Shown piece by piece: positions 29,995 to 40,283 of a stretch of 64,000 bases of DNA; within the stretch, counting starts at the first letter, position 1; each line of letters starts with the position of its first letter. This DNA is from Clostridia bacterium. Lineage in GTDB: Bacteria > Bacillota > Clostridia > TANB77 > CAG-465. Under the pieces are notes generated by a model. That model had not been told where the DNA came from. It did no database searches and saw nothing but the letters and a program-made list of their open reading frames with translations. The stretch spans positions 57,732 to 121,731 of the forward strand of contig JAZSNU010000011.1 of the NCBI GenBank assembly GCA_045536565.1. Reading direction: 5' to 3'. Made by a program: the position numbers and the translations under genes.

Positions 29995-30225
29995 ATGAGT
30001 AATAACGAATTAATGAGAAGGGATGTTGCAATTGAAATAATTGCAGAAATGATAGCAGATAATTCAATAAAGCTTGAAACTGAAAAAGATGAAAATCACA
30101 TTAAAGAATTGGAAAGTAAAATTGAAAAATTTGAGAGTGAAAGAAAAAAAATATATTTAGGTGACAAAGAAACGATAAACTATGTAATTGATGTTTATGG
30201 TTCATACCTAAAAGAGCAAAGATAA
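29995..30225 (+). CDS. Small helical protein, candidate zeta antitoxin
   Basis: GGAGG RBS, 76 aa, shares the terminator at 30227-30264 with the zeta gene. Confidence 0.55.
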   Translation: MSNNELMRRDVAIEIIAEMIADNSIKLETEKDENHIKELESKIEKFESERKKIYLGDKETINYVIDVYGSYLKEQR

Positions 30226-30465
30226 CAAAAATAGAGCTACTATTAATTTAGTGGCTCTATTTTTATACAACAAACTCCATATTGTTTTTGCTTGTCTTGT
30301 AGATAGAAGGTGTTCAAGGTTTTTAATAAATTATATTTATTTAATTGTTGTATAAATTATATAATAAAATAAATTTTACATAAAAATCTAGAAAATATGA
30401 ATAATGTGTAGAAAAAAATATTTTTTATGATATAATAATATGTATTGAAAAGAAGGGAGCATACA

Positions 30466-31905
30466 ATGAAAAATAATGAATTTGTTAAAGAAATTACAAA
30501 TATAGAAGATGATTTTGCAAAATGGTATACAGACATTGTTATAAAAGCAGATTTAGCAGACTATACAGATGTAAAAGGATTTGTTGCAATTAAACCGTAT
30601 GGTTATGCTATTTGGGAAAATATTCAAAAGTACACTGATGAAAAATTCAAAAAAACAGGTGTTAAAAATGTATATTTTCCAGTATTAATACCAGAAAATT
30701 TATTAAATAAAGAAAAAGAACATGTAGAGGGATTTGCTCCCGAAGTTGCTTGGGTAACAACTGGTGGACAGGAAACTCTTGAAGAGAGATTGTGTATTAG
30801 ACCAACATCTGAAACAGTATTTTCTACATTGTATTCAAAATGGCTTAAATCTTGGAGAGATTTACCATTCGTATATAACCAATGGTGTAATGTACTAAGA
30901 TGGGAAAAAGAAACAAGACCATTTTTAAGATCAAGAGAATTTTTATGGCAAGAAGGTCATACAATACATGAAACAGCAAAAGAAGCAGAAGATAGGACAA
31001 TGCAAATGCTTGATGTATATGCAGATGTTATAGAAAATGTACTTGCAATACCAGTACTTAAAGGTAGAAAAACAGAAAGTGAAAAATTTGCAGGAGCAGT
31101 TGATACATATACAGTAGAAACATTAATGCATGATGGAAGAGCACTTCAAGCTGGTACATCACATTACTTTGGGCAAAACTTTACAAAACCATTTGATGTT
31201 AAATTCCAAGGTAGAGAAGGAAAAATGGAATATCCATACCAAACTTCTTGGGGAGTTAGTACTAGATTAATTGGTGCCGTTATAATGGCACATGGAGATA
31301 ACAGAGGACTAAAACTTCCACCTAAAATAGCACCAACTCAAATAGTAATAGTACCTATTGCTATGAATAAAGAGGGCGTTTTAGAGAAAGCAACAGAAAT
31401 ATATAATGAACTTTTAGAAAAAGATTATAGAGTAGAATTAGATTCAAGAGAACAAGTATCACCAGGATATAAATTTAATGACTGGGAAATGAGAGGAGTA
31501 CCAGTAAGAATTGAAATAGGACCAAAAGATATAGAAAATGGTAAATGTGTAGTTGTAAGAAGAGATACAGCAGAAAAAATACCAGTTGAACTAACAGAGT
31601 TAAAAGATAAAATAGGAAGTATACTTGATGATATACAATCAAATATGTTTAATGAATGCAAAATAAGAGTAGAAGAAAAAACAACAGTTGCAACTGATTT
31701 AGATGAATTTAAAAAGAACTTAGACGAAAACCAAGGTTATGTAAAAACTATGTGGTGTGGAAGCGCTGAATGTGAAGATAAAATTCATGAACTTACAGGT
31801 GCAAAATCTAGATGTATTCCATTTAATCAAGAACATATTTCAGATAAATGTGTTTGTTGCGGTAAAGATGCAGATACAATGATTGTATGGGGTAGACAAT
31901 ATTAG
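30466..31905 (+). CDS. proS: Prolyl-tRNA synthetase (archaeal/eukaryotic type)
   Basis: HVEGFAPE, RPTSET, RPFLRSREFLWQEGHT, C-terminal GRQY. Confidence 0.97.
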   Translation: MKNNEFVKEITNIEDDFAKWYTDIVIKADLADYTDVKGFVAIKPYGYAIWENIQKYTDEKFKKTGVKNVYFPVLIPENLLNKEKEHVEGFAPEVAWVTTGGQETLEERLCIRPTSETVFSTLYSKWLKSWRDLPFVYNQWCNVLRWEKETRPFLRSREFLWQEGHTIHETAKEAEDRTMQMLDVYADVIENVLAIPVLKGRKTESEKFAGAVDTYTVETLMHDGRALQAGTSHYFGQNFTKPFDVKFQGREGKMEYPYQTSWGVSTRLIGAVIMAHGDNRGLKLPPKIAPTQIVIVPIAMNKEGVLEKATEIYNELLEKDYRVELDSREQVSPGYKFNDWEMRGVPVRIEIGPKDIENGKCVVVRRDTAEKIPVELTELKDKIGSILDDIQSNMFNECKIRVEEKTTVATDLDEFKKNLDENQGYVKTMWCGSAECEDKIHELTGAKSRCIPFNQEHISDKCVCCGKDADTMIVWGRQY

Positions 31906-31972
31906 AAATATTTAAAATATAGCAGTAATTATTATTGCTATATTTTTTTTACTTTTAATTTAGTTTTAATGT

Positions 31973-32043
31973 TGTCAAAATATGTCGAAACTTGCTTAAA
32001 TATCTGTTAAATACTTGCAGTATTTTGTGTGTTTTGATATACT
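31973..32043 (+). promoter_or_regulatory. Tandem Spo0A-box-like sites and sigmaA promoter of the NRPS operon
   Basis: TGTCAAA 31973 and TGTCGAA 31983 (10-bp period); TTGCAG(32015)-17-TATACT(32038) with TG extension. Confidence 0.55.
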
Positions 32044-32081
32044 TTAAGTATTAGATTAGGAGCGGAATTGGGGGAAATATA

Positions 32082-35000
32082 ATGGAGAATAAATATGGTT
32101 TAACATTTCCACAAAAAAACATATTACTTGTTGAAGAGTTTTTTGGTAAATCACCAATAAATACCATAGTTGGTATATTTGAAATAAACAAAGAATTTGA
32201 CAAAGAAGTATGCGAAAAAGCTGTAAATAAAATGGTAGAAGTAAACGATGCGTTAAGAATAAAAGTATTCAAAGAAAATGATAATACATTTCAATATATA
32301 GAAAAGTATAATTATTTTAATGTTGATTATTTTGATTTAGAAAATGAGAATGCGGAAAAAAGAAAAGAATTAGAAAATGAACTTACTACAAAACCATTTG
32401 AAATATTAAATAGTCCGTTATATTATTTTGCAATTGTAAAAACAGAAAAAGATAAAGGACATATTTTTGTTAAACTACATCACCTAGTATCTGATGCATG
32501 GACATTTGGTAATGTAGCAACTCAGCTTGCTGAATATGTAGATATGTATACAAAAGGTGAAGATAATGAGATACAAAAGCCATCATATCTTGAATTTATA
32601 TCAACAGAAAATGAATATATATCTTCTGAAAAATTTACAAAAGATAAAATGTTTTGGGAAGAATATTTAGAAGGCTTTGAAGAACCAGTAGGTATAAAAG
32701 AAAACAACAATAAAACATTAATAGATGCTAAAAGATATACTGTAAGATTAGAAGAAAAACTAAATAATGATATAAAAGAATTTTGCAGGAGAAATAGAGT
32801 ATCTCCATATACTGTATTTATGAATGCACTAGCTATATATTTACATAGAGTAACTGAAAAATATGATTTTGTAATAGGTACACCAGTACTTAACCGTTCT
32901 AATTTTAAAGAAAAGAAAATGATGGGAATGTTTGTAAGTACAATGCCTGTTAGATTTAAAATAGACGAAAAAGAAACATTTTTAGAAATGTGTAAAAAAT
33001 CAAGCAGCGAAACGATGTCACTTTTCAGACATCAAAAATATCCTTATTCTATAATGCTGCAAGATTTTAGAGAGAAAAATAATGTAAGCAATAATTTATA
33101 TGAAGTAATGATATCTTATCAAAATGCTAGAGCAGAGTATTCTGATAATGAAAAATATTCTAGCGATTGGATATTTAGTACCAAGGTACAAGACCAATTT
33201 GCAATACACATAATGGATATGGATGAAACGGGAGTACTAGAAGTACATTTTGATTATCTAGTAGATTTGTTTGAAGATATAGAAATAGAGTATATTGCAA
33301 AAAGACTGTTTACTATAATTGACGATGGAATAAACAACAACAAAACAATAGAAACAATAGAAATAATGCCAGAAGAAGAAAAAAACAAAATATTATATGA
33401 ATTTAATGATACAAAAGTAGATTATCCAAAAGATAAAACTGTTATAGACCTTTTTGAAGAACAAGTACAAAAAACACCAGAAAATATAGCAATAGTGTTT
33501 GAGGGAAAAGAGTTAACATATAGGGAATTAAGTAATTTTATAGATAAAATTGCATATACACTCAAAAAAAATAATATAAATATAGGTGATAATGTTGCAC
33601 TTGTTTTAAAAAGAGGTTTTGAGATGATAGCATCTATGTTTGCTATTATGAAAATAGGAGCATGTTATATACCGATTGATGTAGAATTTCCAAAAGATAG
33701 GATAAAATACATATTAAATGATTGTAATGCTAAATTAATAGTTACAAATATAGATAATAACGAATACGATTTAAAAGTTTTAAACTTAAATTCTGTACAG
33801 GATGAAATTCAAGAAAAAGTAGAAAATGAATGTGCATTAGAAAATAATATATACATGATATATACATCGGGGTCTACTGGTAATCCGAAAGGGGTAATTA
33901 TAAAACAAAAGAATGTCGTGAATTTGTTATATTCAGCGATAGATGCAGTTGAATTGTATGATAATAGGAATACATATTGTGCATTATCAACATATTCTTT
34001 TGATATTTCTGTGCTAGAAATATTTTTATCTTTATGTTTTGGACATAAATTAATTATTGCTAATGAAAAACAACAAAAAGAACCATTAGAATTACGAAAA
34101 TTAATAAAAGATAATAAATGTGAAATATTTTTTATGACACCAACAAGAATGCAGATATTATTGAGTGGCGAGGATAGTATATATTGTTTAGAATATGCTA
34201 AATGTATTATGCTAGGAGGGGAAGCATTTCCTAAAAATATATTTGATAGATTAAGTAAAAATCATAAAATAAGAATATATGATGGATATGGACCAACTGA
34301 AATAACAGTATGGTCATCTGTAAAAAGAATAACAAATGGTGATGATATTAATATAGGAAAACCACTTAATAATACAACTGCATATGTATTAGATAAAAAT
34401 AATAGATTATTACCTATGTATGTAGAAGGTGAATTGTGCATAGGTGGTTTAGGTGTTGCTGAGGGATATTATAACAAAGATACCTTAACAAGCCAAAAGT
34501 TCATTATGTTCAATGGAAACAAGATATACAAATCTGGTGATTTGGTTAAAATGAATAGTTTGGGAGAATGTGAATTTTTAGGGAGAATTGATTCACAAAT
34601 TAAACTACATGGATTGAGAATAGAATTAGAAGAAATTGAAAAGGAAATAAATTCGTTTGATAATATAATTCATACAGCAGTTATTGTTGATGAGAAGGAG
34701 CGATTGGTAGCATATTATACATCAGATGAACAAATAAATGAAAAAAAATTAAAAGAATGTATATCAAAAAAATTACCTAAATATATGGTACCAAATTATT
34801 TTGTGAAAGTGGACAGATTTGAAACTAATTCAGTGGGTAAGATAAACAAGAAAATTTTACCAAAATTGGAAATAAAGAGAAATGTATCAGAAAAACCTAC
34901 TAGTAAAGTTGAGAAAACAATAGCAAAAGCAATATGTGAAATATTAGACTTGTCTGAAATAGGCATAGATGAAGATTTTTTTGAATTAGGATTAGATTCA

Positions 35001-36362
35001 TTGAAAGCTATCGAATTTATAAGTAAATTATCAGTTAAAAATATATCAGTAGCATATATTGATATTTTTAAAAATAGTAGTGTAAAACAATTAGCAAGTT
35101 TAGTAGAAAGTAAAAAAATAGAATACAAAATATTAGATAAAGATGTTGAAATAGAAAAAGTATTAGAAAATAATAAAAAAACAGAAAGTAAATTAAAAAC
35201 AAAAGAATTAGGAAATGTTTTATTAACGGGTGCAACTGGATTTTTAGGTTCTCATTTATTAGCAAACATAATAGATACAACAAACAGTATTGTATACTGT
35301 TTGGTTAGAGGAAAAAAAGAAGTTCCACCTGAATTAAGATTGAAATTAGTTTTACAGGAGTATTTTGGAGAAAAATATTCTGATTGTTTAGGAAAAAGAA
35401 TTATAGTAGTAGAAGGTGATATAGAATTACAAAATCTTACTAAGAAACCAGAAAATAGAATAATTTTATTAAATAATATTGACACAGTAATTCATTCTGC
35501 TGCTAATGTTAAACATTTTGGTGATGATGAAGCATTTTATAAGGCTAACATACAAGGTACTAAAAATATAACTGATTTTTGTGTTGAATATAATAAAAAA
35601 CTTATACATATTTCTACATTGAGTGTGTCAGGAAATATTTTAGAGGGTGGACATATTACTCAAAAATATATTAATGAGGAAATAGAATATGATGAAACGA
35701 AATTAAATGTTGGACAAAATCTAGAAAATATTTATGCTTTCTCTAAATTTAAAGCAGAAGAATATGTAATAAGAAAAATAAAAAATGGATTGAATGCAAA
35801 AATAATGAGAATAGGAAACATTACAGGAAGAATGAAAGATGGGAAATTCCAAATAAACGCAAATGAAAATGCATTTGTTGGAAGAATAAAATCTATTATT
35901 GATATGAGAATGGTACCAAATAATTTATATGATTTTGATATTGAATTTACACCAGTTGATAAATTGTCAGAAGCTATTATTTTGCTAAGTAAAATAGAAA
36001 ACAGTAATAATGTATTTCATGTATATAATATAAACCATGTGAAGTTAAATAGATTTATTGAGATATTAAATAGTATTGGATATCATGTAAGTATAGTTGA
36101 CAAAGAAAAGTTTGCCGAAAGAATATTAGAAATAAAAAAAATGAATGAATTTAAAACTATAAGTGGTATCGCAATAGATTTGGATGAAAATAACAACTTA
36201 CAATATGAAACAAATATAAAAATAAAATCAGAAAGTACATTAAATATATTGAAGAAGTTAGGATTTAAGTGGCCAGAAATATATGAAGAATATATTTGTA
36301 AGTTTATACATGAATTATGTGTTAGAAATATAATTGATAAGGGGGATAAAGATGAAATTTAA
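32082..36362 (+). CDS. Monomodular NRPS, C-A-T-R (terminal thioester reductase)
   Basis: C: HHLVSDA; A: YTSGSTGNPKG, YGPTE, GEL.IGG.GVA.GY, YKSGD; T: FFELGLDSL; R: LLTGATGFLG, YAFSK. Confidence 0.93.
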   Translation: MENKYGLTFPQKNILLVEEFFGKSPINTIVGIFEINKEFDKEVCEKAVNKMVEVNDALRIKVFKENDNTFQYIEKYNYFNVDYFDLENENAEKRKELENELTTKPFEILNSPLYYFAIVKTEKDKGHIFVKLHHLVSDAWTFGNVATQLAEYVDMYTKGEDNEIQKPSYLEFISTENEYISSEKFTKDKMFWEEYLEGFEEPVGIKENNNKTLIDAKRYTVRLEEKLNNDIKEFCRRNRVSPYTVFMNALAIYLHRVTEKYDFVIGTPVLNRSNFKEKKMMGMFVSTMPVRFKIDEKETFLEMCKKSSSETMSLFRHQKYPYSIMLQDFREKNNVSNNLYEVMISYQNARAEYSDNEKYSSDWIFSTKVQDQFAIHIMDMDETGVLEVHFDYLVDLFEDIEIEYIAKRLFTIIDDGINNNKTIETIEIMPEEEKNKILYEFNDTKVDYPKDKTVIDLFEEQVQKTPENIAIVFEGKELTYRELSNFIDKIAYTLKKNNINIGDNVALVLKRGFEMIASMFAIMKIGACYIPIDVEFPKDRIKYILNDCNAKLIVTNIDNNEYDLKVLNLNSVQDEIQEKVENECALENNIYMIYTSGSTGNPKGVIIKQKNVVNLLYSAIDAVELYDNRNTYCALSTYSFDISVLEIFLSLCFGHKLIIANEKQQKEPLELRKLIKDNKCEIFFMTPTRMQILLSGEDSIYCLEYAKCIMLGGEAFPKNIFDRLSKNHKIRIYDGYGPTEITVWSSVKRITNGDDINIGKPLNNTTAYVLDKNNRLLPMYVEGELCIGGLGVAEGYYNKDTLTSQKFIMFNGNKIYKSGDLVKMNSLGECEFLGRIDSQIKLHGLRIELEEIEKEINSFDNIIHTAVIVDEKERLVAYYTSDEQINEKKLKECISKKLPKYMVPNYFVKVDRFETNSVGKINKKILPKLEIKRNVSEKPTSKVEKTIAKAICEILDLSEIGIDEDFFELGLDSLKAIEFISKLSVKNISVAYIDIFKNSSVKQLASLVESKKIEYKILDKDVEIEKVLENNKKTESKLKTKELGNVLLTGATGFLGSHLLANIIDTTNSIVYCLVRGKKEVPPELRLKLVLQEYFGEKYSDCLGKRIIVVEGDIELQNLTKKPENRIILLNNIDTVIHSAANVKHFGDDEAFYKANIQGTKNITDFCVEYNKKLIHISTLSVSGNILEGGHITQKYINEEIEYDETKLNVGQNLENIYAFSKFKAEEYVIRKIKNGLNAKIMRIGNITGRMKDGKFQINANENAFVGRIKSIIDMRMVPNNLYDFDIEFTPVDKLSEAIILLSKIENSNNVFHVYNINHVKLNRFIEILNSIGYHVSIVDKEKFAERILEIKKMNEFKTISGIAIDLDENNNLQYETNIKIKSESTLNILKKLGFKWPEIYEEYICKFIHELCVRNIIDKGDKDEI

Positions 36363-38076
36363 TCTAATGGCAGGGATTTTATTATCAATATTAACAGTAA
36401 TATTATTGGTAATTATTAGTATGAAAAAAATAAAGGGGAAAAATGAGATACATTATAGATTTAATAGATTTTTACTTTTATTAGCAATTCCATTTATATC
36501 TTTACCTTTGCAAATAATTTTTGAGGATATTATAAATCCAATATATTTTGATTATGTTACATATATATTTACATTTTATGGACCAATAGAATTATTATTT
36601 GCAACAAGATTATATAAAGATAGTAAAGCGGATAATAAAAAACTTAAATTTTTATATATAATTTCAACCGTACTACTAATATTGTTATGGACTAATGATT
36701 TACATTATAGTTTTTATGAAGTATATTCTACAAAATTTAGTGAAACAATATACGGCCCTATATTTTATATTGCAACTATATATTGCTATATAATTATCAT
36801 ACTATCTATGATAATAACATTAATATCTTCAATAAGGCGTTCGGGATTTTTCTCAGCACAATCACTTATAATTATTTTTGGGGTATTAGTACCGGTAGTA
36901 GGTAACATATTGGGAGTTACAAAAATTATAAATATGACAATTTATATAACACCTATTTTACTAGCAACAACTGCAATTTGTTTTTATATTGCGATAGTAA
37001 AAATGAAAGCACTAAATGTTATACCAGTTGCTGTAAAAACAATAATGGATACAATGACAGATTCGTTTATTGTAATAAGTAAAGATGGAACAATAGCAGA
37101 TATAAATAGAACATGTATAGAAAAGTTTGCACCTTTAATGGAACTTAAACAAAATGATAATTTATATGAAAAGTTAGAAGGAAGAAAAACAGTAAAACTT
37201 GCTGATATAAAAGCGTTAGTTAAAGAGGCAAACGATAAAAAAGGAACTGTAACATCTGAATTTCATGTTGTAAAAGGTGATTATGATAAGTATTTTGAAA
37301 TAGATGTTCAACCTATAAAAGCAAAGTCTGGTAACGAATATGTAGCATCATTACTATTAATTAGAGATATAACACAAGCAAAAAGAGATATGGAAATAAT
37401 GACTAAAAATGAAAATCTAGTAATACTTGGAGAGCTTGCAGGAGGGGTGGCACATGATATAAATACACCTATTGCGGCAATCAAAAATGGAATAATGATG
37501 CTTAAAGATACCGTCGCTACTGATAATGAAAAGATGTTACTTACTAGAATGGATAGCTGTGCGGATAAGATAATTAATCTTGTAAACAGTATGAGAAATC
37601 AAATAAGAAACATTGGTAGTGATGAAAAAACAGAAGTTAATATTTCTTCTGTTATAAACGATACATTGATGATTGTTCATAATGAAACGATGAAGAAAGG
37701 TGTTAAAATTAACCTTAATATAAAAGATGAATTAAAGGTAATGGGAAATGCTACTAAACTAGGACAAGTAATAACTAATTTAATCATGAATGCTATACAA
37801 GCATATGAAAATAATCCTGGTATGATAGATGTAGATGTGTATAAATCTGATAAAAACCAAGCTATGATTATTGTAGAGGATTATGCAGGTGGTATACCAG
37901 AACATATAAGACCACACATATTTAAAAATATATTAACAACAAAAGGTGTATCAGGTACTGGTTTTGGTCTATATCTAGCATATTCAGTAATAAAAGGTGC
38001 ATTTGGTGGAGATATGCATTTTGAAACCGAAACTGGAAAAGGTACAAAGTTTGTTATAAGTATACCGCTTAAGTAG
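36352..38076 (+). CDS. Sensor histidine kinase with N-terminal 7TM region and PAS-like domain, no adjacent response regulator
   Basis: About 7 TMs with WTNDLH, AGGVAHDINTP H-box, NLIMNAIQA, D.AGGIP, TTKG..GTGFGL; start overlaps the NRPS stop by 11 bp. Confidence 0.9.
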   Translation: MKFNLMAGILLSILTVILLVIISMKKIKGKNEIHYRFNRFLLLLAIPFISLPLQIIFEDIINPIYFDYVTYIFTFYGPIELLFATRLYKDSKADNKKLKFLYIISTVLLILLWTNDLHYSFYEVYSTKFSETIYGPIFYIATIYCYIIIILSMIITLISSIRRSGFFSAQSLIIIFGVLVPVVGNILGVTKIINMTIYITPILLATTAICFYIAIVKMKALNVIPVAVKTIMDTMTDSFIVISKDGTIADINRTCIEKFAPLMELKQNDNLYEKLEGRKTVKLADIKALVKEANDKKGTVTSEFHVVKGDYDKYFEIDVQPIKAKSGNEYVASLLLIRDITQAKRDMEIMTKNENLVILGELAGGVAHDINTPIAAIKNGIMMLKDTVATDNEKMLLTRMDSCADKIINLVNSMRNQIRNIGSDEKTEVNISSVINDTLMIVHNETMKKGVKINLNIKDELKVMGNATKLGQVITNLIMNAIQAYENNPGMIDVDVYKSDKNQAMIIVEDYAGGIPEHIRPHIFKNILTTKGVSGTGFGLYLAYSVIKGAFGGDMHFETETGKGTKFVISIPLK

Positions 38077-38104
38077 TAGTACATAAAGTTGGAAGGATAT
38101 AAAA

Positions 38105-38851
38105 ATGAAACTTTTTTTAACTAGCTCCATAGGAGCAACAAAACATGAGAATGGAAAAAGAGTTCCTGCAAGAATGGATAATAGAAATTTATTTGTGGAT
38201 AATTTAAAAAAGGCAATTCAGGGAACAAATAAATTAGTATATATATCGGGTAATCCTGACTATAACACAAATGAAAAAGTAAAAATATGGTTTAATAATA
38301 CAATTAAATCATTAGAATACGAGAATATAAGATTTAAAGAAAATATATTTGTGGATTATAAAAATTCTAATAATATTTCTGATATTATAAAAGGGGCAGA
38401 TATAATTTTCTTATCGGGAGGAGCGCTACCAGTTCAAAATAATTTTTTTAATGAAATTAATTTAAAAGAATATATAAAAGATTATGATGGTATAATTGTA
38501 GCACAAAGCGCCGGTTCAATGAATTGTGCTGAAAATGTTTATATTTGCCCAGAAACCTTAGAAGAAGTAAATAATATAAATTTCATTAGGGAAGCAAAAG
38601 GTTTAGGGCTTACCAATATAAATATAATTCCACATTATAATAGCAATAAAGAATTTATGTTTGGCGCAAAGAGGTTTTATCAAGATATTATATATCCAGA
38701 TACTTTCAAGTTTTGTATATATATATTAACGGACGGTTCATATATATATATAAACGAAAGAGAAACTGTTGTATATGGTGAGTGTTATGTTTTTTATAGA
38801 GGTACTATTAAAAATATATGTTCAAATGGTAACGATATAATATTAGATTAG
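38105..38851 (+). CDS. Peptidase S51/dipeptidase E-like (class I glutamine amidotransferase fold)
   Basis: LSGG, QSAGS, GLGL...IPHY. Confidence 0.85.
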   Translation: MKLFLTSSIGATKHENGKRVPARMDNRNLFVDNLKKAIQGTNKLVYISGNPDYNTNEKVKIWFNNTIKSLEYENIRFKENIFVDYKNSNNISDIIKGADIIFLSGGALPVQNNFFNEINLKEYIKDYDGIIVAQSAGSMNCAENVYICPETLEEVNNINFIREAKGLGLTNINIIPHYNSNKEFMFGAKRFYQDIIYPDTFKFCIYILTDGSYIYINERETVVYGECYVFYRGTIKNICSNGNDIILD

Positions 38852-38920
38852 TAAATAAGAAATTCATGTATAAAACATGAATTCTTGTTTTTATATAGTA
38901 AATAATATCAAGGTGAGAAT

Positions 38921-39508
38921 ATGAAAGAAGTAGAAATAACATTAAAAGTAAAGGATAGTTTGGATGAATGTATTAAAAAATTAAAAAATCAAAATTTTAA
39001 AGTTATAAGAAATAGTGTTGTTGATGATTTGTATATGACACAAAATAAAAATATGTTAAATAAAGATAATATTGATGATATATTAAAAACCTGTGTGCTT
39101 ATTAGATACCTAAACGCAAACGGTAAAGAATTTAAAAAGATAACATATAAAAATAAAGTATATAATAATGGTAATATAGTTTCTGAGAAAAAAATAAATG
39201 TAGATTGTTTAGATTTAATAAAGGCAAGGGAATTGTTTGAAGCATTAGGTTTTGAAGAATTAGTTAGAGTAAAATATATAGTAACAGTTCTTTCTGATGG
39301 TAATAAAGAATTCGCTTTTCAAGAGGTTGAAAATTTAGGCCTTTTAGTAGAATATGAAAGCACTAAAAATATGGATAATTGTACCGATGAAGAAATGCTT
39401 AAGGAAAAAGATAATATGATAGAAGAAATTATAAAAACTGGCATATATGTTGATGAAAAGTCGGATGTAAAGAAAGCATATGAGTTAATAAAAGACAGTA
39501 TGTTATAG
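38921..39508 (+). CDS. CYTH-domain protein
   Basis: EVE..LKV, D.Y, ITYK, LFEALGF, VENLGLLVEYE. Confidence 0.8.
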   Translation: MKEVEITLKVKDSLDECIKKLKNQNFKVIRNSVVDDLYMTQNKNMLNKDNIDDILKTCVLIRYLNANGKEFKKITYKNKVYNNGNIVSEKKINVDCLDLIKARELFEALGFEELVRVKYIVTVLSDGNKEFAFQEVENLGLLVEYESTKNMDNCTDEEMLKEKDNMIEEIIKTGIYVDEKSDVKKAYELIKDSML

Positions 39509-39689
39509 TAAAGATAATGCTAATTAAATATTAAAATATATTTACATAACATTTGACATTTTAACATAATAGTAGTATAATTAACTTCCATTAAAAAAAA
39601 CATCTTATACAAATTTGTAAAGGAGGATAGTAAAAAGCAGAGGTGAGTAAGACTCGCTTTAAAATATATAATTATTAAGGAGGAAGATT

Positions 39690-40151
39690 ATGCAATACTT
39701 ATTAACACGCGAGGAGTATGAAAGATTAGAAAAAAAAGAAATGGATTTATTAGACGAGAAAACTTCAATTAGAATTAGGTTAAAAGAAATTGCTTTGTCG
39801 ACATCTGAATTTGAGGAAGATCAAGAATATAAATTGTTGATGAAAAAGTTGGATTATATTATTCCTGTAAAACTAAAACAGATTAGAGAAAAAAAGAGAC
39901 TAGCAAAAATAATTGAGCAGGATAAAATTGAGTTTGATGGGGAAACCGTTACCATAGGAACAAAGGTATTACTAGATTATGGAGATGAACAGATTGAGTT
40001 TTCACTCATGGCTATTGATGAAATTGATTCGGATAATGGTATAATTTCATGTAATTCTCCAATTGCGAAAGTAATATTAGGTAGGAAAAAAGGGGATACC
40101 GTTAAGTTCTTAGACGGAACGGTAAAAATAGTTGAGGTTTCTTCTATTTAA
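39690..40151 (+). CDS. GreA/GreB-family protein (divergent)
   Basis: LT.E.Y..L, coiled coil, V.IGT.V, IS.NSPIA...LG...GD. Confidence 0.8.
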   Translation: MQYLLTREEYERLEKKEMDLLDEKTSIRIRLKEIALSTSEFEEDQEYKLLMKKLDYIIPVKLKQIREKKRLAKIIEQDKIEFDGETVTIGTKVLLDYGDEQIEFSLMAIDEIDSDNGIISCNSPIAKVILGRKKGDTVKFLDGTVKIVEVSSI

Positions 40152-40283
40152 TAATTAACATATAGATATACTTTAATTCACAGTAATTAAGGTATATCTT
40201 TTTTTATACAAATATTTAGTATTAGCTAGCTTTTTTTACATAAATATTGTAAAATATATGTATATAAATAAGGAGAGATAAAT

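Noticed and set aside
30265-30340. Slightly GC-richer stretch upstream of proS as a T-box or ncRNA
   Set aside because: No T-box consensus, no stable hairpin, and it lies upstream of the apparent promoter.
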